Shown here: piece after piece, positions 19,566-29,471 of the stretch | Layout of the letters: each line of letters begins with the position of its first letter | How positions within the stretch are numbered: position 1 is the first letter of the stretch | Assembly (NCBI GenBank): GCA_965277805.1 | Contig: OZ255842.1 | Coordinates: 544,001-608,000 of the forward strand | Reading direction: 5' to 3' | From: Candidatus Lustribacter sp. | GTDB taxonomy: Bacteria; Vulcanimicrobiota; Vulcanimicrobiia; Vulcanimicrobiales; Vulcanimicrobiaceae | DNA length: 64,000 nucleotides | Program-made: the position numbers and the translations under genes | The notes under the pieces: model-generated | Database searches by the model: none | What the model was told of the DNA's origin: nothing | What the model saw: only the letters and a program-made list of their open reading frames with translations

Positions 19566-21512
19566 TTAGCGACGCCTCCGCCGGGGTCCGAAGTCGCGCG
19601 GCCGCGGAGCGCGGCGCACGGGGTTGGGCACGTGGCGCCGTTTCGTCGGGCCGGTGCCGCGTTCGAGCAGGGCCGAATGGATGTCGTCATCGAGGCTCTC
19701 TCGGATCATTGCCACTTCGGCGCGATTCGCGTACACCTCGGGAAAACGCTGCGAAAGCCATAGGTAGAGCATCGCCAGGCGCGAGCGATCTTCGTAGAGC
19801 AGCAGCCGGTCGCGTGCTCGGCCGCCGTTCATCAGTTCGCGGCCCGCGACGGTGCCGTGGGCCGCATGCTGCGCGCCCCAGTCGGCCAGTACGACGAGGC
19901 TGTTGCCGCGCGTCGTGACGGGCGCGCGGCTGTACGTGCAGCGCGTCTTGAACGGCAGCGAGAGAAAACCGTCGGCCAGCTCGAGCGCGACCGACACCTC
20001 GATCGAGTCGGAGAGATCGGCGATGCGTAGATCTTCCTCGCCGTCGCGCAACACGCGCGTCTGGAAGAATTGCAGCAGCCGGCTGATGCGCGTCGTGCCG
20101 ATGATCGCTGAGAGACGTTCGAGATGATCGTCGGTCGGCGAGATCCAGATCGGGCCGTTGGGGGCGGCGGGCGCGTGGCCTTCGAGGCTGCGGCGCAACA
20201 ATGGGATGTGGCGCGCGTTTAGCGCGCTGACCTCGCCGTCTTCGTGAATGCCGAAGCGGCCGGCGCGGCCCGCGATCTGGCGGATCTCGTAGGGCGTCAA
20301 TAAGCGGTCCGCAACGCCGTCGAACTTTTCGATGGCGGAGAAGATGAGGCGCCGGATCGGCAGGTTGAGGCCCAGGCCGATCGCGTCGGTGGCGACCAGC
20401 ACGTCGGCGCTGCCGTCGCGGAAACGTTCTGCTTCGCGCCGCCGCACCGCGGGCGAGAGCGAGCCGTAAATCGCGGCCGACGTGAAGCCGAGTTTGGAAA
20501 CGGCGCCTTGCATTTCGACGACGGCTTTGCGCGAGAAGCCGACGATCGCATCGCCGCGCCGCAGTTGCGGCAGCGCGATCGCGCCGACGACGCGCAGCGG
20601 GTTCTTGCGTTCGAACGAACGCACGGTCATCGGTACGCCGAGCCGGTCGGCGAGCCGGCGCGCGGCGGCGAGGCCCTCGGCGGAGCCGCACATCACGACG
20701 CGTTTCGCGCGCACGCCGGCGATCGCCAGCGTCCAGGCCCAGCCGCGTTGCGGATCCTCGAGCATCTGCGCCTCGTCGATAACGGCCACGTCAAGTTCGC
20801 GCCGCAGTTCGACCATCTCGACCGTGGAACTCGTGAACCGCGCGAGCGGGTTGAGGACGCGCTCTTCACCGGTGACGAGCGATGCGGGCGCGCCGAGTTC
20901 GTTGAGGCGTTCGTACACTTCGAGCGCGAGCAAGCGCAGCGGCGCGAGATAGATGCCGCTCTCCGCCGCGCGCAAGATCTCGATCGCCGCGTGCGTCTTG
21001 CCCGAATTCGTGGGCCCGACGAAGTACTCGAACGTGCGCAGTTCGGTCGTGAAGCCTTCGAGGTAGAACCGCAAGCCGAGCGCGGCGTCGACGCGCCGGT
21101 CGACGCGCTGGTTTTCGAGCAGCTGATAGGAAGCGACGAGACCGCGGCGCGCATCTTCGAGTGCCGTGAAGAACGACGAACGCTCGAACACGTGCGTGTG
21201 GACGACGTCGTCGGGTTCGGCCAAGATCTTCACCGCCGCGCGTTCCATCGCGAGGCGAAACTGCTCGACCGACGGGTCGACGATTTCGGCCGCGGCGGCG
21301 TCGCCGGACGCTGCGGTCATGTCATCGGGTAACGGGACGGGGACGCGGCCGCGGACGATCACGGTGCGCGGGCCGAACGTGAGCGTGCGTTCGCAGCGGA
21401 CTTCGGCCGTGGTGTGGCCGATGATTTTCCAACCGAGTGCGTCGGCGGTTTTGCGGCGCTGTGCGCGTTCTGCTTTCAGTTCTGCGGTGGCGTCGGTGGC
21501 GGGTTGTTCGAT
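19566..21512 (-). CDS. SUV3-like SF2 helicase (start probably ATC at 21512; first canonical start is GTG 21362)
   Basis: GPTNSGKT, IDEAQ, YGSL, ATDAIGLGLN, QIAGRAGR. Confidence 0.88.
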   Translation of the reverse strand: MEQPATDATAELKAERAQRRKTADALGWKIIGHTTAEVRCERTLTFGPRTVIVRGRVPVPLPDDMTAASGDAAAAEIVDPSVEQFRLAMERAAVKILAEPDDVVHTHVFERSSFFTALEDARRGLVASYQLLENQRVDRRVDAALGLRFYLEGFTTELRTFEYFVGPTNSGKTHAAIEILRAAESGIYLAPLRLLALEVYERLNELGAPASLVTGEERVLNPLARFTSSTVEMVELRRELDVAVIDEAQMLEDPQRGWAWTLAIAGVRAKRVVMCGSAEGLAAARRLADRLGVPMTVRSFERKNPLRVVGAIALPQLRRGDAIVGFSRKAVVEMQGAVSKLGFTSAAIYGSLSPAVRRREAERFRDGSADVLVATDAIGLGLNLPIRRLIFSAIEKFDGVADRLLTPYEIRQIAGRAGRFGIHEDGEVSALNARHIPLLRRSLEGHAPAAPNGPIWISPTDDHLERLSAIIGTTRISRLLQFFQTRVLRDGEEDLRIADLSDSIEVSVALELADGFLSLPFKTRCTYSRAPVTTRGNSLVVLADWGAQHAAHGTVAGRELMNGGRARDRLLLYEDRSRLAMLYLWLSQRFPEVYANRAEVAMIRESLDDDIHSALLERGTGPTKRRHVPNPVRRAPRPRDFGPRRRRR

Positions 21513-21522
21513 GTTGGGGGTC

Positions 21523-21780
21523 CTAGTATTTCTTCCGCTCGACGATGTTGAGCGAAGCCCGTGCGGCGATGTCGTCGATCGATTCTAGCGCCGCTTTCTT
21601 GGCGTCTTTCTTCGGGCCGGCGTGGCCGTTGATCACGGCCTCCTCGATCTGCAAGGCGAGAGCCTCGTCGGCCGCGTTGCTGAACGACCCCGCTCCGGAG
21701 GACGGCGCGGCCGGCCCCGGCGCTTTGATCGGCGCCGGCGCAGCGGGAGCACTCGTCTTCCCAGCCTTCTCGATGCGCAC
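21523..21780 (-). CDS. Small hypothetical protein (85 aa)
   Basis: Pro/Ala linker plus helical C-terminus; co-oriented between two clear genes. Confidence 0.65.
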   Translation of the reverse strand: MRIEKAGKTSAPAAPAPIKAPGPAAPSSGAGSFSNAADEALALQIEEAVINGHAGPKKDAKKAALESIDDIAARASLNIVERKKY

Positions 21781-21810
21781 GTCTGGAAAATTCGCCCTGG
21801 GGCGCCCCGG

Positions 21811-23049
21811 CTACTCCAGTGCGTGCGCGACCTCGCCGATCACCCGGGCCCATGACGGTTCGGCCGCGTGGAAGACGCGCATCGTGGGATACCAGGGCGT
21901 GCCGGCCGAGGCAGGTGACCAGCGCCAGTCCGGGCGCCATGGCAAGACGAGCCAAACCGGCACGCCCATGGCGCCGGCGAGGTGCGCGACGCTCGTGTCG
22001 GCGGAGATCACGAGATCGAGGTTGGCGACGATCGCCGCGGTATCGGCCATGTCGCGAACGGCATCGCCGAAGCGCGTGAGCGCGAGGCCTTCGGGCGCCG
22101 GGTCGCCGGCACGCGGGCCATATTGGAGCGCGAACCATTGCACGTGCGGCACGCGGGCGAATGCAGCGAACGCGTCGAGCGGGATCGAACGGCGGCGATC
22201 GTTGTCGTGCTGCGGATTGCCGGCCCACGCGATGCCGATTCGGCGCTCGCCGTTGCGCGGCGCGAAACGTGCCGCCCACGCATGCAGGCGCGCGTCCGGC
22301 GCGGCGATGTAGGGGACGCCGCTATGCCCGGGCGTGCCGTCTTCATTGCAAAGCCGGGCGAGCACCATCGTGCGCGCGTAGGCGTCGAAGCGTTCGCGCG
22401 GCGCGCTGCCGGAACTGAAGATCTCGCTGATGCCGGGAAAGCCGCGCAGCAGTTCGATCATCGCCGGATTGCACTCGAGCAGAACCTCGCCCGCGCCGCG
22501 CGCGCGCAAGCGCGAAACGTAGCGCAGCATCTGCATGAGATCGCCGAGGCCCTGATTGTTCACGAGCAGTAACCGCCGGCCGGCGAGATCCTCGCCGTCC
22601 CACTCGGTGAGTTCGGGAAAGCGCGCGCGGAAGTGGATGCGCTCGGGCAGCCAATGGCACTCGAGTTCCGGCCACGCGGCCGGATACTCGCCATGCCATG
22701 CGCGCACCGTTCCGAGCACGGCATGCGCTTCGCGATCGGCCGGATCGATCGCGATCGCGCCGTTAGCGGCGGTGAGTGCCGCGGCATGATCGCCGAGCCG
22801 TTCGCGCACGAGTGCGAGCGTGATCAGCGCGAGGACCGCTGGTTTGCCCTGCGGGTCGAGACGGATCGCAGCTTCGCAATCGGCCACCGCCTCCTCGGAG
22901 CGGCCGAACTCGTCGTACGCGGCGGCACGGTAGACGTAGAGCATCGCGTTGCCGGGATCGGCTGCGAGCCCGAGGCGGCAGGCATCGATCGTCGTTGCAT
23001 GCGCACCGTAAGCGTTGCAGAAGCGCGCGGCCTCGACGTAGTCGATCAA
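21811..23049 (-). CDS. TPR-repeat glycosyltransferase (GT9-like C-terminus)
   Basis: TPR helices, then QGLGDLMQ, GIAWAGNP, DLVISADTSVAHLAGAMG, DWRW; TTG overlaps the upstream TGA. Confidence 0.88.
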   Translation of the reverse strand: MIDYVEAARFCNAYGAHATTIDACRLGLAADPGNAMLYVYRAAAYDEFGRSEEAVADCEAAIRLDPQGKPAVLALITLALVRERLGDHAAALTAANGAIAIDPADREAHAVLGTVRAWHGEYPAAWPELECHWLPERIHFRARFPELTEWDGEDLAGRRLLLVNNQGLGDLMQMLRYVSRLRARGAGEVLLECNPAMIELLRGFPGISEIFSSGSAPRERFDAYARTMVLARLCNEDGTPGHSGVPYIAAPDARLHAWAARFAPRNGERRIGIAWAGNPQHDNDRRRSIPLDAFAAFARVPHVQWFALQYGPRAGDPAPEGLALTRFGDAVRDMADTAAIVANLDLVISADTSVAHLAGAMGVPVWLVLPWRPDWRWSPASAGTPWYPTMRVFHAAEPSWARVIGEVAHALE

Positions 23050-24533
23050 GCGGGGAGCGCTCGGTGAAAGCGCCGGCCGGCGAGATCGTCGACCGCCCCG
23101 ACGATGCGGTCGAAGCGCATCGTCGTCCGGTGTTCCGTATCGTAGTGGGGCCACACCGGCAGCGCGGCGTTATCGGGTTTGCCGCTTGTCGTGAACGCGA
23201 TCCAGGTTTGCTGGATCACGTTCGAGAGCGCTTCGATCTCGCTCGCATGCGCGTCGCCGAGCATCGGTGCGTGAGCCCACGCCGCATCGTAACCAAAGAC
23301 GAACGGAAGCTCGATGCAGTGGCATGCACCGAAGCGTTTGGGCGCGTGCCGCGGCGCCCAATCGAACTGATAGACGTACGCCGGACGGCCGGCGCCGCTG
23401 CGCCAATCCGCCAAGTCCAGCAATTGCATCAGGAACTGTTGATCCGTGAGCAGATCGGTCAGCAGCGCGAGCGCATCGGATCCCGGCCGCCGGCGGCGAT
23501 AGCCGTCCTCTTCCGCCGCGGCGCGGTCGCCGAACTCGCGCGCAAACACGCCGGCGACCTGCTCCGGCGTGGCGTTGATGATACGCGGATCGATCGCGCA
23601 GAAGGCACCGGACTCTTCGCGCGTCGTGCCCATCAGGATCTCGACGTGCGGCGCCGGCCGCTCGCGCAGCGCGGTCAACGGGTCCTGCGGGATGACGGCG
23701 CCGTCGATCACCGGCGCGAAGAGCGGTGCCGCGTCGGCGAACCGCGCGTGCACGCCGCTCAGCTCGCCTTGGACGCGCATCAGGTCCGCGACGGGGACCG
23801 CTTGCATCGCGGCTAGTTCGCTCGCGCTGCATCTCTCCGCGAATTGCGCGCCGATTGCCGCCGCATCCGCAGCCGTGCGTGTCAGGCGCGCCATCGCGGG
23901 GCTCTGCAAGATCGCGCGCGCGAACAAACCGTCCGCTTCCGGCATGGTCATCAGAATTAGCGCGGACATCGCGCCGGCGGATTGTCCGCACAGCGTCACG
24001 GCCGCCGGGTCGCCGCCGAATGCGGCGATGTTGTCGCGCACCCAACGCAGCGCGGCCAGCTGATCGAGCAGGCCGAGATTGCCGTCGCTGATTCCGGGCG
24101 CATATAAGTAGCCGAGTACGCCAAGTCGATAGTTGACGCCGACCACGACGAGATCGCCGCGCTCGGCGAGCTTTGCACCCGAATAGCAATCGAGCGAACC
24201 CGCGCCGCTCGAGAACGCGCCGCCGTGCAGCCACACGAGCACCGGCCGCTGCTTTGCATCGGTCGCGGGCGTCCAGATCGTGAGCGTCAGGCAATCCTCA
24301 TCGCTCTCCAGCGGCGTTTCGCCCATGACGTCGGCGAGTCGCGAACGCAGTTGCGGCGGCGCGGGGCCGTTCTGCGTGGCATCGCGCACGCCGCTCCACG
24401 GTTCGACCGCGGCCGGCGGCCGGAAGCGGCGCACGCCCAACGGCGGCGCCGCGTACGGGACGCCGCGGAACACGGACACGCCTCCTTCGTGCGCGCCGGA
24501 CAACGTGCCGGCGGCGGTTTTACACGTAATCAT
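23046..24533 (-). CDS. Type-B carboxylesterase
   Basis: EDCL, HGGAF, GQSAG nucleophile, ACHCIE. Confidence 0.93.
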   Translation of the reverse strand: MITCKTAAGTLSGAHEGGVSVFRGVPYAAPPLGVRRFRPPAAVEPWSGVRDATQNGPAPPQLRSRLADVMGETPLESDEDCLTLTIWTPATDAKQRPVLVWLHGGAFSSGAGSLDCYSGAKLAERGDLVVVGVNYRLGVLGYLYAPGISDGNLGLLDQLAALRWVRDNIAAFGGDPAAVTLCGQSAGAMSALILMTMPEADGLFARAILQSPAMARLTRTAADAAAIGAQFAERCSASELAAMQAVPVADLMRVQGELSGVHARFADAAPLFAPVIDGAVIPQDPLTALRERPAPHVEILMGTTREESGAFCAIDPRIINATPEQVAGVFAREFGDRAAAEEDGYRRRRPGSDALALLTDLLTDQQFLMQLLDLADWRSGAGRPAYVYQFDWAPRHAPKRFGACHCIELPFVFGYDAAWAHAPMLGDAHASEIEALSNVIQQTWIAFTTSGKPDNAALPVWPHYDTEHRTTMRFDRIVGAVDDLAGRRFHRALPA

Positions 24534-24571
24534 AAAGAGAGTCCCCGGGGTTTGGCGAACGGAGCGTCGTC

Positions 24572-25462
24572 GTGCATCAGATTACGGGCCTTGTGGCCGG
24601 TACCACGCGCTTTCCCAGATACGATGCGGCAACGCTGGGCTTCGAAGAGTATTGGTATCCGGTAATGTGGTCGCAAGACCTTCGCGCGAAGCCCGTTGCG
24701 CTCTCGCTGTTCGGACGGCGGTTCGTGTTTGCGCGCGTCAACGGCGTCGCCCGCGCGCTGCCGGCGTGTGCGGTCGAGGAATGTGCCGGTCTCGTGTGGG
24801 TGTACAACGGCAACGGCGAACCGCGCCCGCTGCGCGCGCAAGTGCCGGAAGAATTGCTGCACGCGGATGCCGTGATCGAGGGACGCATCACCACGCGTAA
24901 GGGCGACTGGCGCTATGCAGCCGAGAACGGCTTCGATGAAGGGCACGTCAAGTTTCTTCATCGCGATGCCTGGCTGGTAACGTTTACGCACATTCCGAGC
25001 TACTCGACGGTGGCCGTGCACGGCGAGAGCGAGAACGATCCGTGGATCACACGCAACGTGTCGGCCGTGGGCTTCGAGGCCAATTATCCGGGGCTCGGCG
25101 AGTGGCCGAAGAAGCGGTTTTGGAAGCGTAAGAAACGCGGTGTGCGCGTGTCGATTCGCATGCCGGGAATGCTGCGCGTGCACTACGGCGACTGGATTCA
25201 TTTCGAGACCTACGTCCCAACCGTTCCCGGCGAACACCGCTATCTGCAGATCGCGATGAGCCACGCGCGCGGCTGGCAGGCGGCAAAGTTCCGGGCGTTT
25301 TACCGCGGCTACTTGTCGTGGATCTTTCACCGTCAGTTCAACGATCAGGATGCGGCGATGGTGGAGCTGATGCAGACGCCGCCCGAGCAGCTCTACCGGC
25401 CCGACATCTCCTTGATCGAGTGGCGGCGCATGTGTGAAACGCAGATCGGAGTGGGTTCATGA
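24572..25462 (+). CDS. CarAa/OxoO-like aromatic oxygenase subunit lacking the Rieske cluster-binding subdomain
   Basis: LGFEEYWYPVM N-terminus; WRYAAENGFDEGHVKFLH and FNDQD iron site; no CxH/CxxH anywhere in 296 aa. Confidence 0.8.
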   Translation: MHQITGLVAGTTRFPRYDAATLGFEEYWYPVMWSQDLRAKPVALSLFGRRFVFARVNGVARALPACAVEECAGLVWVYNGNGEPRPLRAQVPEELLHADAVIEGRITTRKGDWRYAAENGFDEGHVKFLHRDAWLVTFTHIPSYSTVAVHGESENDPWITRNVSAVGFEANYPGLGEWPKKRFWKRKKRGVRVSIRMPGMLRVHYGDWIHFETYVPTVPGEHRYLQIAMSHARGWQAAKFRAFYRGYLSWIFHRQFNDQDAAMVELMQTPPEQLYRPDISLIEWRRMCETQIGVGS

Positions 25463-26958
25463 ACACCGTGGTGCTGAAGAACGCGCACGTCATCGACCCG
25501 GCCAACGATCGCAACGGCGTGATGGACGTGGCGATCGACGACGGCACGATCTCGTCGGTCGGTGCCGCTGCGGTGCCCGCGGGCGCAGAGATCATCGATC
25601 TCGCCGGCGCGTATCTCTCGCCCGGCTGGATCGACGCGCACGTGCACGCGTACGGAACGCTCGGTTTTGCCGATCCGGACAGCATCGGGGTCTACCAGGG
25701 CGTGACGACGTTCGTCGAAGCCGGCGGACCGGGTGTCGGCACGCTCGATGAGTTCATCGCGACGATGGCGGACCGTACGCTGACGAGCCTCTACGCGGGC
25801 GTGTACATCCGGCCGCTTGGAATCATCGGGCTGACGTTCATCGAAGACGACGTGCGCAATTGGCTCGACGTACCGGTGGAGCGCTGGATCGATACGGTCG
25901 CGCAGCATCGCGATCTCATCCGGTATCTCAAGATCGGCGCGTTCGCGAAGTACGGACCGGGCCCGCTGAAGCTCGCCAAGGGGCTGGCCGAGACGCTCGA
26001 CGTCCCGCTGTACTGCCACATCGGCGAATTCGCGGCGACGACCGGCGAAGTGGGCTCGCACGACATCTTCCGCATCGCCGAGGCCGGCGACATGATCACG
26101 CATCTCTACAACCGCAACCTCGGCGGCGTGCTCGATGACGACGGCCGCGTGCGCGACGTCGTCTGGGAGGCGCACAAGCGCGGCGTGCTCTTCGACATCG
26201 GCTTCGGCGGTTACAACTTCTCGTGGGACGTTGCCGAACGCGCGTACGCCCAGGGTCTCGTGCCGCACTTGATCAGTTCCGACCTGCAGCAATTCAACGT
26301 CACGGGTCCGGTATTTTCGCTAGCTAACGTGCTCGCCGTGTTCCTGCGGCTCGGCATGCCGCTGCGCGACGTGATCGCGTGCGTGACGGCCAACCCGGCC
26401 CGCGCGTTGCGGCTGACCGATCGCGCCGGCAGCTTGCGCGCGGGAGCGCCGGCGGATATCACGGTGTTCCGGGTGGTGGACGAAGCGGTCACGCTGGCCG
26501 ATTGTCATTCGGTGACGCGCACGGGCGATCGCGTCGTTCGTCCGGTGATGACGTACAAGAACGGCGTGCGCGTGGATGCCGACCTGGAACGCTGCCAGGA
26601 TGAAGCGAATTGGTTCATGCAGGTGCTCGACGAGCGCTGGCCCGCGGCCGCACACACGTTTTCAGATCGGCAACGCGCATTTCTGCGCGCACTGGTACCC
26701 GAACTCGAAGGGATCGACTGGCACTTGGAATCTGCGAAACAGCAAGACATCCGCACGGCGACGCGCCTGCAAGCCGCCGTGCACGCGGCGAAAGACCGTA
26801 CGGGCTTGAGTTTGCGCGAGACGCTTGCGACCGTGTACGGCTCTTTCATCGAGCAGCCGTTCTCGATCCAGGTCGGGCTCTTTCTGCTCCGGATCGAGCG
26901 CGCGTTCGCGCTCGAACGCATGCGCGAGATCGGTGCGAGCTCGGTGGTGCCCGTATGA
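25459..26958 (+). CDS. Amidohydrolase/dihydroorotase-like metallohydrolase with a C-terminal extension
   Basis: WIDAHVH, YLKIG, CHIGE, ITH, SSD, TANPARAL. Confidence 0.85.
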   Translation: MNTVVLKNAHVIDPANDRNGVMDVAIDDGTISSVGAAAVPAGAEIIDLAGAYLSPGWIDAHVHAYGTLGFADPDSIGVYQGVTTFVEAGGPGVGTLDEFIATMADRTLTSLYAGVYIRPLGIIGLTFIEDDVRNWLDVPVERWIDTVAQHRDLIRYLKIGAFAKYGPGPLKLAKGLAETLDVPLYCHIGEFAATTGEVGSHDIFRIAEAGDMITHLYNRNLGGVLDDDGRVRDVVWEAHKRGVLFDIGFGGYNFSWDVAERAYAQGLVPHLISSDLQQFNVTGPVFSLANVLAVFLRLGMPLRDVIACVTANPARALRLTDRAGSLRAGAPADITVFRVVDEAVTLADCHSVTRTGDRVVRPVMTYKNGVRVDADLERCQDEANWFMQVLDERWPAAAHTFSDRQRAFLRALVPELEGIDWHLESAKQQDIRTATRLQAAVHAAKDRTGLSLRETLATVYGSFIEQPFSIQVGLFLLRIERAFALERMREIGASSVVPV

Positions 26959-27794
26959 CCGCCACGGCGACGATTCCGCCGAGCAAGTACGCCGAGATCG
27001 GCGACGGCCTTCGCATTCACTATCACGAGGTCGGAAATGGCCCGGCGCTGATCTGTCTGCACGGTGCGGGCCCCGGCGCGACGGCATGGAGCAATTTCCA
27101 GGGCAACCTCGCCGCGCTCGCGGCGAACCATCGCGTGTATCTCGTGGACATGCCGCAATTCGGCAAGTCCAGCAAGCCCGTCATCACCGGACCGCGCCTG
27201 ACCGCGTTCACCGGCATGATCGAGGCCTTCATGCGCTCCGCCGGGATCGAGCGCGCTGATTTTATCGGCAACTCGTTCGGCGGTCAGGTGTCGCTGAAGA
27301 TGGCGATCGACTTTCCGGACCGCGTGAATCGCGTCGTGATCATCGGCAGCACGCCGGTTGCGATCAGCGCGATCTCGCCGATGCCTGCCGAAGGCGTGCG
27401 CCTCATCGCCAATTACTATCGCGGCGAAGGCCCGTCGCTCGAAAAGCTGCGTTATCTACTCTCAACGCTCGTCTACGATGCGAGCAATCTCAGCGAGAGC
27501 GTGTTGAAGGAGCGCTACGAAACGAGCCTCGATCCCGAGTTGATCAAGGTGAATACGGGGCCGCGACCGGAGTACGAAGACCTGACGATGGAGTTCAAGC
27601 GCATCAAGGCGCCGACGCTGATCGTCTGGGGCGCCGAGGATCGCGCCGGCCCGATCGACGTGGCGCTCTTCATGGTCCGCGCGATTCCGAATGCCCGCAT
27701 GCACGTGTTCAATAAGTGCGGCCACTGGGCGCAAGTCGAGTGCGTCGATGAATTCAACGAGCTGGTGCTCGCGTTTTTCAACCGCCCGGCATGA
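26955..27794 (+). CDS. Meta-cleavage-product hydrolase-like alpha/beta hydrolase (BphD/CarC type)
   Basis: HGAGPGATAWSNF, GNSFGG, WGAEDR, CGHWAQVE. Confidence 0.88.
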   Translation: MTATATIPPSKYAEIGDGLRIHYHEVGNGPALICLHGAGPGATAWSNFQGNLAALAANHRVYLVDMPQFGKSSKPVITGPRLTAFTGMIEAFMRSAGIERADFIGNSFGGQVSLKMAIDFPDRVNRVVIIGSTPVAISAISPMPAEGVRLIANYYRGEGPSLEKLRYLLSTLVYDASNLSESVLKERYETSLDPELIKVNTGPRPEYEDLTMEFKRIKAPTLIVWGAEDRAGPIDVALFMVRAIPNARMHVFNKCGHWAQVECVDEFNELVLAFFNRPA

Positions 27795-28120
27795 ATGCAG
27801 CCGGATCGTGGGAACGGCTGGAGATCGATCCGAGCTCGGCCACGTTTCCGGCGCCGGCGACCGTTGCCGGCGAACCGATTTGGGTGTTTGCGGTGGGCGA
27901 CGGCTTCCGCGGCGTGCAAGAGATGTGCCCGCACGAACGGCGCAGCTTGGGTGAAGCGCGGCTGGTGGGCGACGCGAAGATGGTGCGCTGTGCATACCAC
28001 AACTACACCTTCAAGCTGAGCAACGGCGGCGGCGTGAACTGCCCCGGCTTTCGCATCGCCGTGTACGCGATCAAAGAAGAAGACGGCGCGCTGTTCGCGC
28101 AGCCCGTACCGGCTAGCTGA
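27791..28120 (+). CDS. Rieske [2Fe-2S] ferredoxin
   Basis: 109 aa; CPH...CAYH; ATGA overlap. Confidence 0.85.
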   Translation: MNAAGSWERLEIDPSSATFPAPATVAGEPIWVFAVGDGFRGVQEMCPHERRSLGEARLVGDAKMVRCAYHNYTFKLSNGGGVNCPGFRIAVYAIKEEDGALFAQPVPAS

Positions 28121-29465
28121 GAATCTCCCACACGGCGGCGGCGCGCGCGAACAACTCGGCATCGCGATCGTGAAAGCCCAGCAATTGCAGGCCGAGCGGC
28201 AGCGATTCGGTTTCCAGCAGCGGTAACGACAGTGCGGGGATGCCGAGCAGGCTGCCCGGCACGACGAACGCCGGCTCGCCGGTCCACTCGAGGCCGACCG
28301 GCGCGGGGCCGGGCGCGCTCAACGAGATCGCGCCGTCGCAGACGGCCGAGAGGCGGCCGTAGAGCGCGCGGATCTCGTCGCGCCGCGCGATGTTCGCCTG
28401 GTACTCCTCGAGCGTCGTGGATTCCGCGATCGCGAGGCGCTCTTGCATCGCCGGGCTGAGCTTCGCGTAATCCATATCGTGCGCGAACGTGTTGAGCGGC
28501 CAGCGGAATTCCCAATTGTTGATCCGCGCGGAGAGCGCCCGCGATTCGGGCAGCGCGGCCTCGAGTTTCGCGACGCGGCTGCTGTTGTGGCGGTCGACGA
28601 TCGTGATGCCGGCGTTGCGCAGCATGCCGATGGCGACGTTGAGTTTGCCTTTGGCGTCTTCGCTCGCGAGCTCCCAGCCCGGCGTCTCGAGTAACGCGAG
28701 CGTTGCGGGCTTGCGCGCCGGCGGCGGCCGCAGCGGTCCGCGCACGCCGGGAAAGCCGGGGTCGCCACCCGCGCGGGCGACGATCTCGTGCACCACGAGC
28801 CACGCATCTTCGAGCGTGGCCGCAAGCACGCCGTGCGTGCTCTGGCTCTGATAGTCTACCGCGCCGCCGCGATTGATGCCGCCGACCGTCGGCTTATAGC
28901 CGACGCAACCGCAATAGCTCGCCGGTCGCAGAATCGATCCGATGACTTGCGTGCCGAGCGCGGCGCACAACATCCCCGAACCGACCGCCGCCGCCGAACC
29001 GCTGCTCGAACCGCCGGGCGTCCGCGTGAGGTCCCACGGGTTGTGCGTTTTGCCGGCCACGATCGACGCGAGCTCGGTGGTGACCGTCTTGCCGACGATT
29101 ACTGCGCCCGCCTCACGCAGTGCCGCAACGCTCGCGGCATCGCGGCCGCTGCGATAGCCGGTGAAGAGCGGCGAGCCCATGCCGGTCGGCATGTCGGCCG
29201 TCTCGATGATGTCTTTGACGCCGAACGGGATGCCGTCGATCGACGACCTCGGCGTACCGTCGCGATAGCGCTGCGTCGCTGCATCGGCGCTCGCGCGGGC
29301 GCGGTCGAGATCGATGTACTCGAAGGCTTGCACATCGCGGTTGATCGCGTCGATGACCGCGATGCAACGCTCAAGTAACTCGCGCGGCGAGTCGGATCCC
29401 GCGGCGAAGGCCGCCGCGGCGGTGTGAAAGGGACGAACGGCCGGACGTACAGGCATCACGTCCAT
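28113..29465 (-). CDS. Amidase signature family enzyme
   Basis: GVKD, TPGGSSSGS, GTQVIGSILRPA. Confidence 0.92.
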   Translation of the reverse strand: MDVMPVRPAVRPFHTAAAAFAAGSDSPRELLERCIAVIDAINRDVQAFEYIDLDRARASADAATQRYRDGTPRSSIDGIPFGVKDIIETADMPTGMGSPLFTGYRSGRDAASVAALREAGAVIVGKTVTTELASIVAGKTHNPWDLTRTPGGSSSGSAAAVGSGMLCAALGTQVIGSILRPASYCGCVGYKPTVGGINRGGAVDYQSQSTHGVLAATLEDAWLVVHEIVARAGGDPGFPGVRGPLRPPPARKPATLALLETPGWELASEDAKGKLNVAIGMLRNAGITIVDRHNSSRVAKLEAALPESRALSARINNWEFRWPLNTFAHDMDYAKLSPAMQERLAIAESTTLEEYQANIARRDEIRALYGRLSAVCDGAISLSAPGPAPVGLEWTGEPAFVVPGSLLGIPALSLPLLETESLPLGLQLLGFHDRDAELFARAAAVWEILS

Positions 29466-29471
29466 CGTTCG

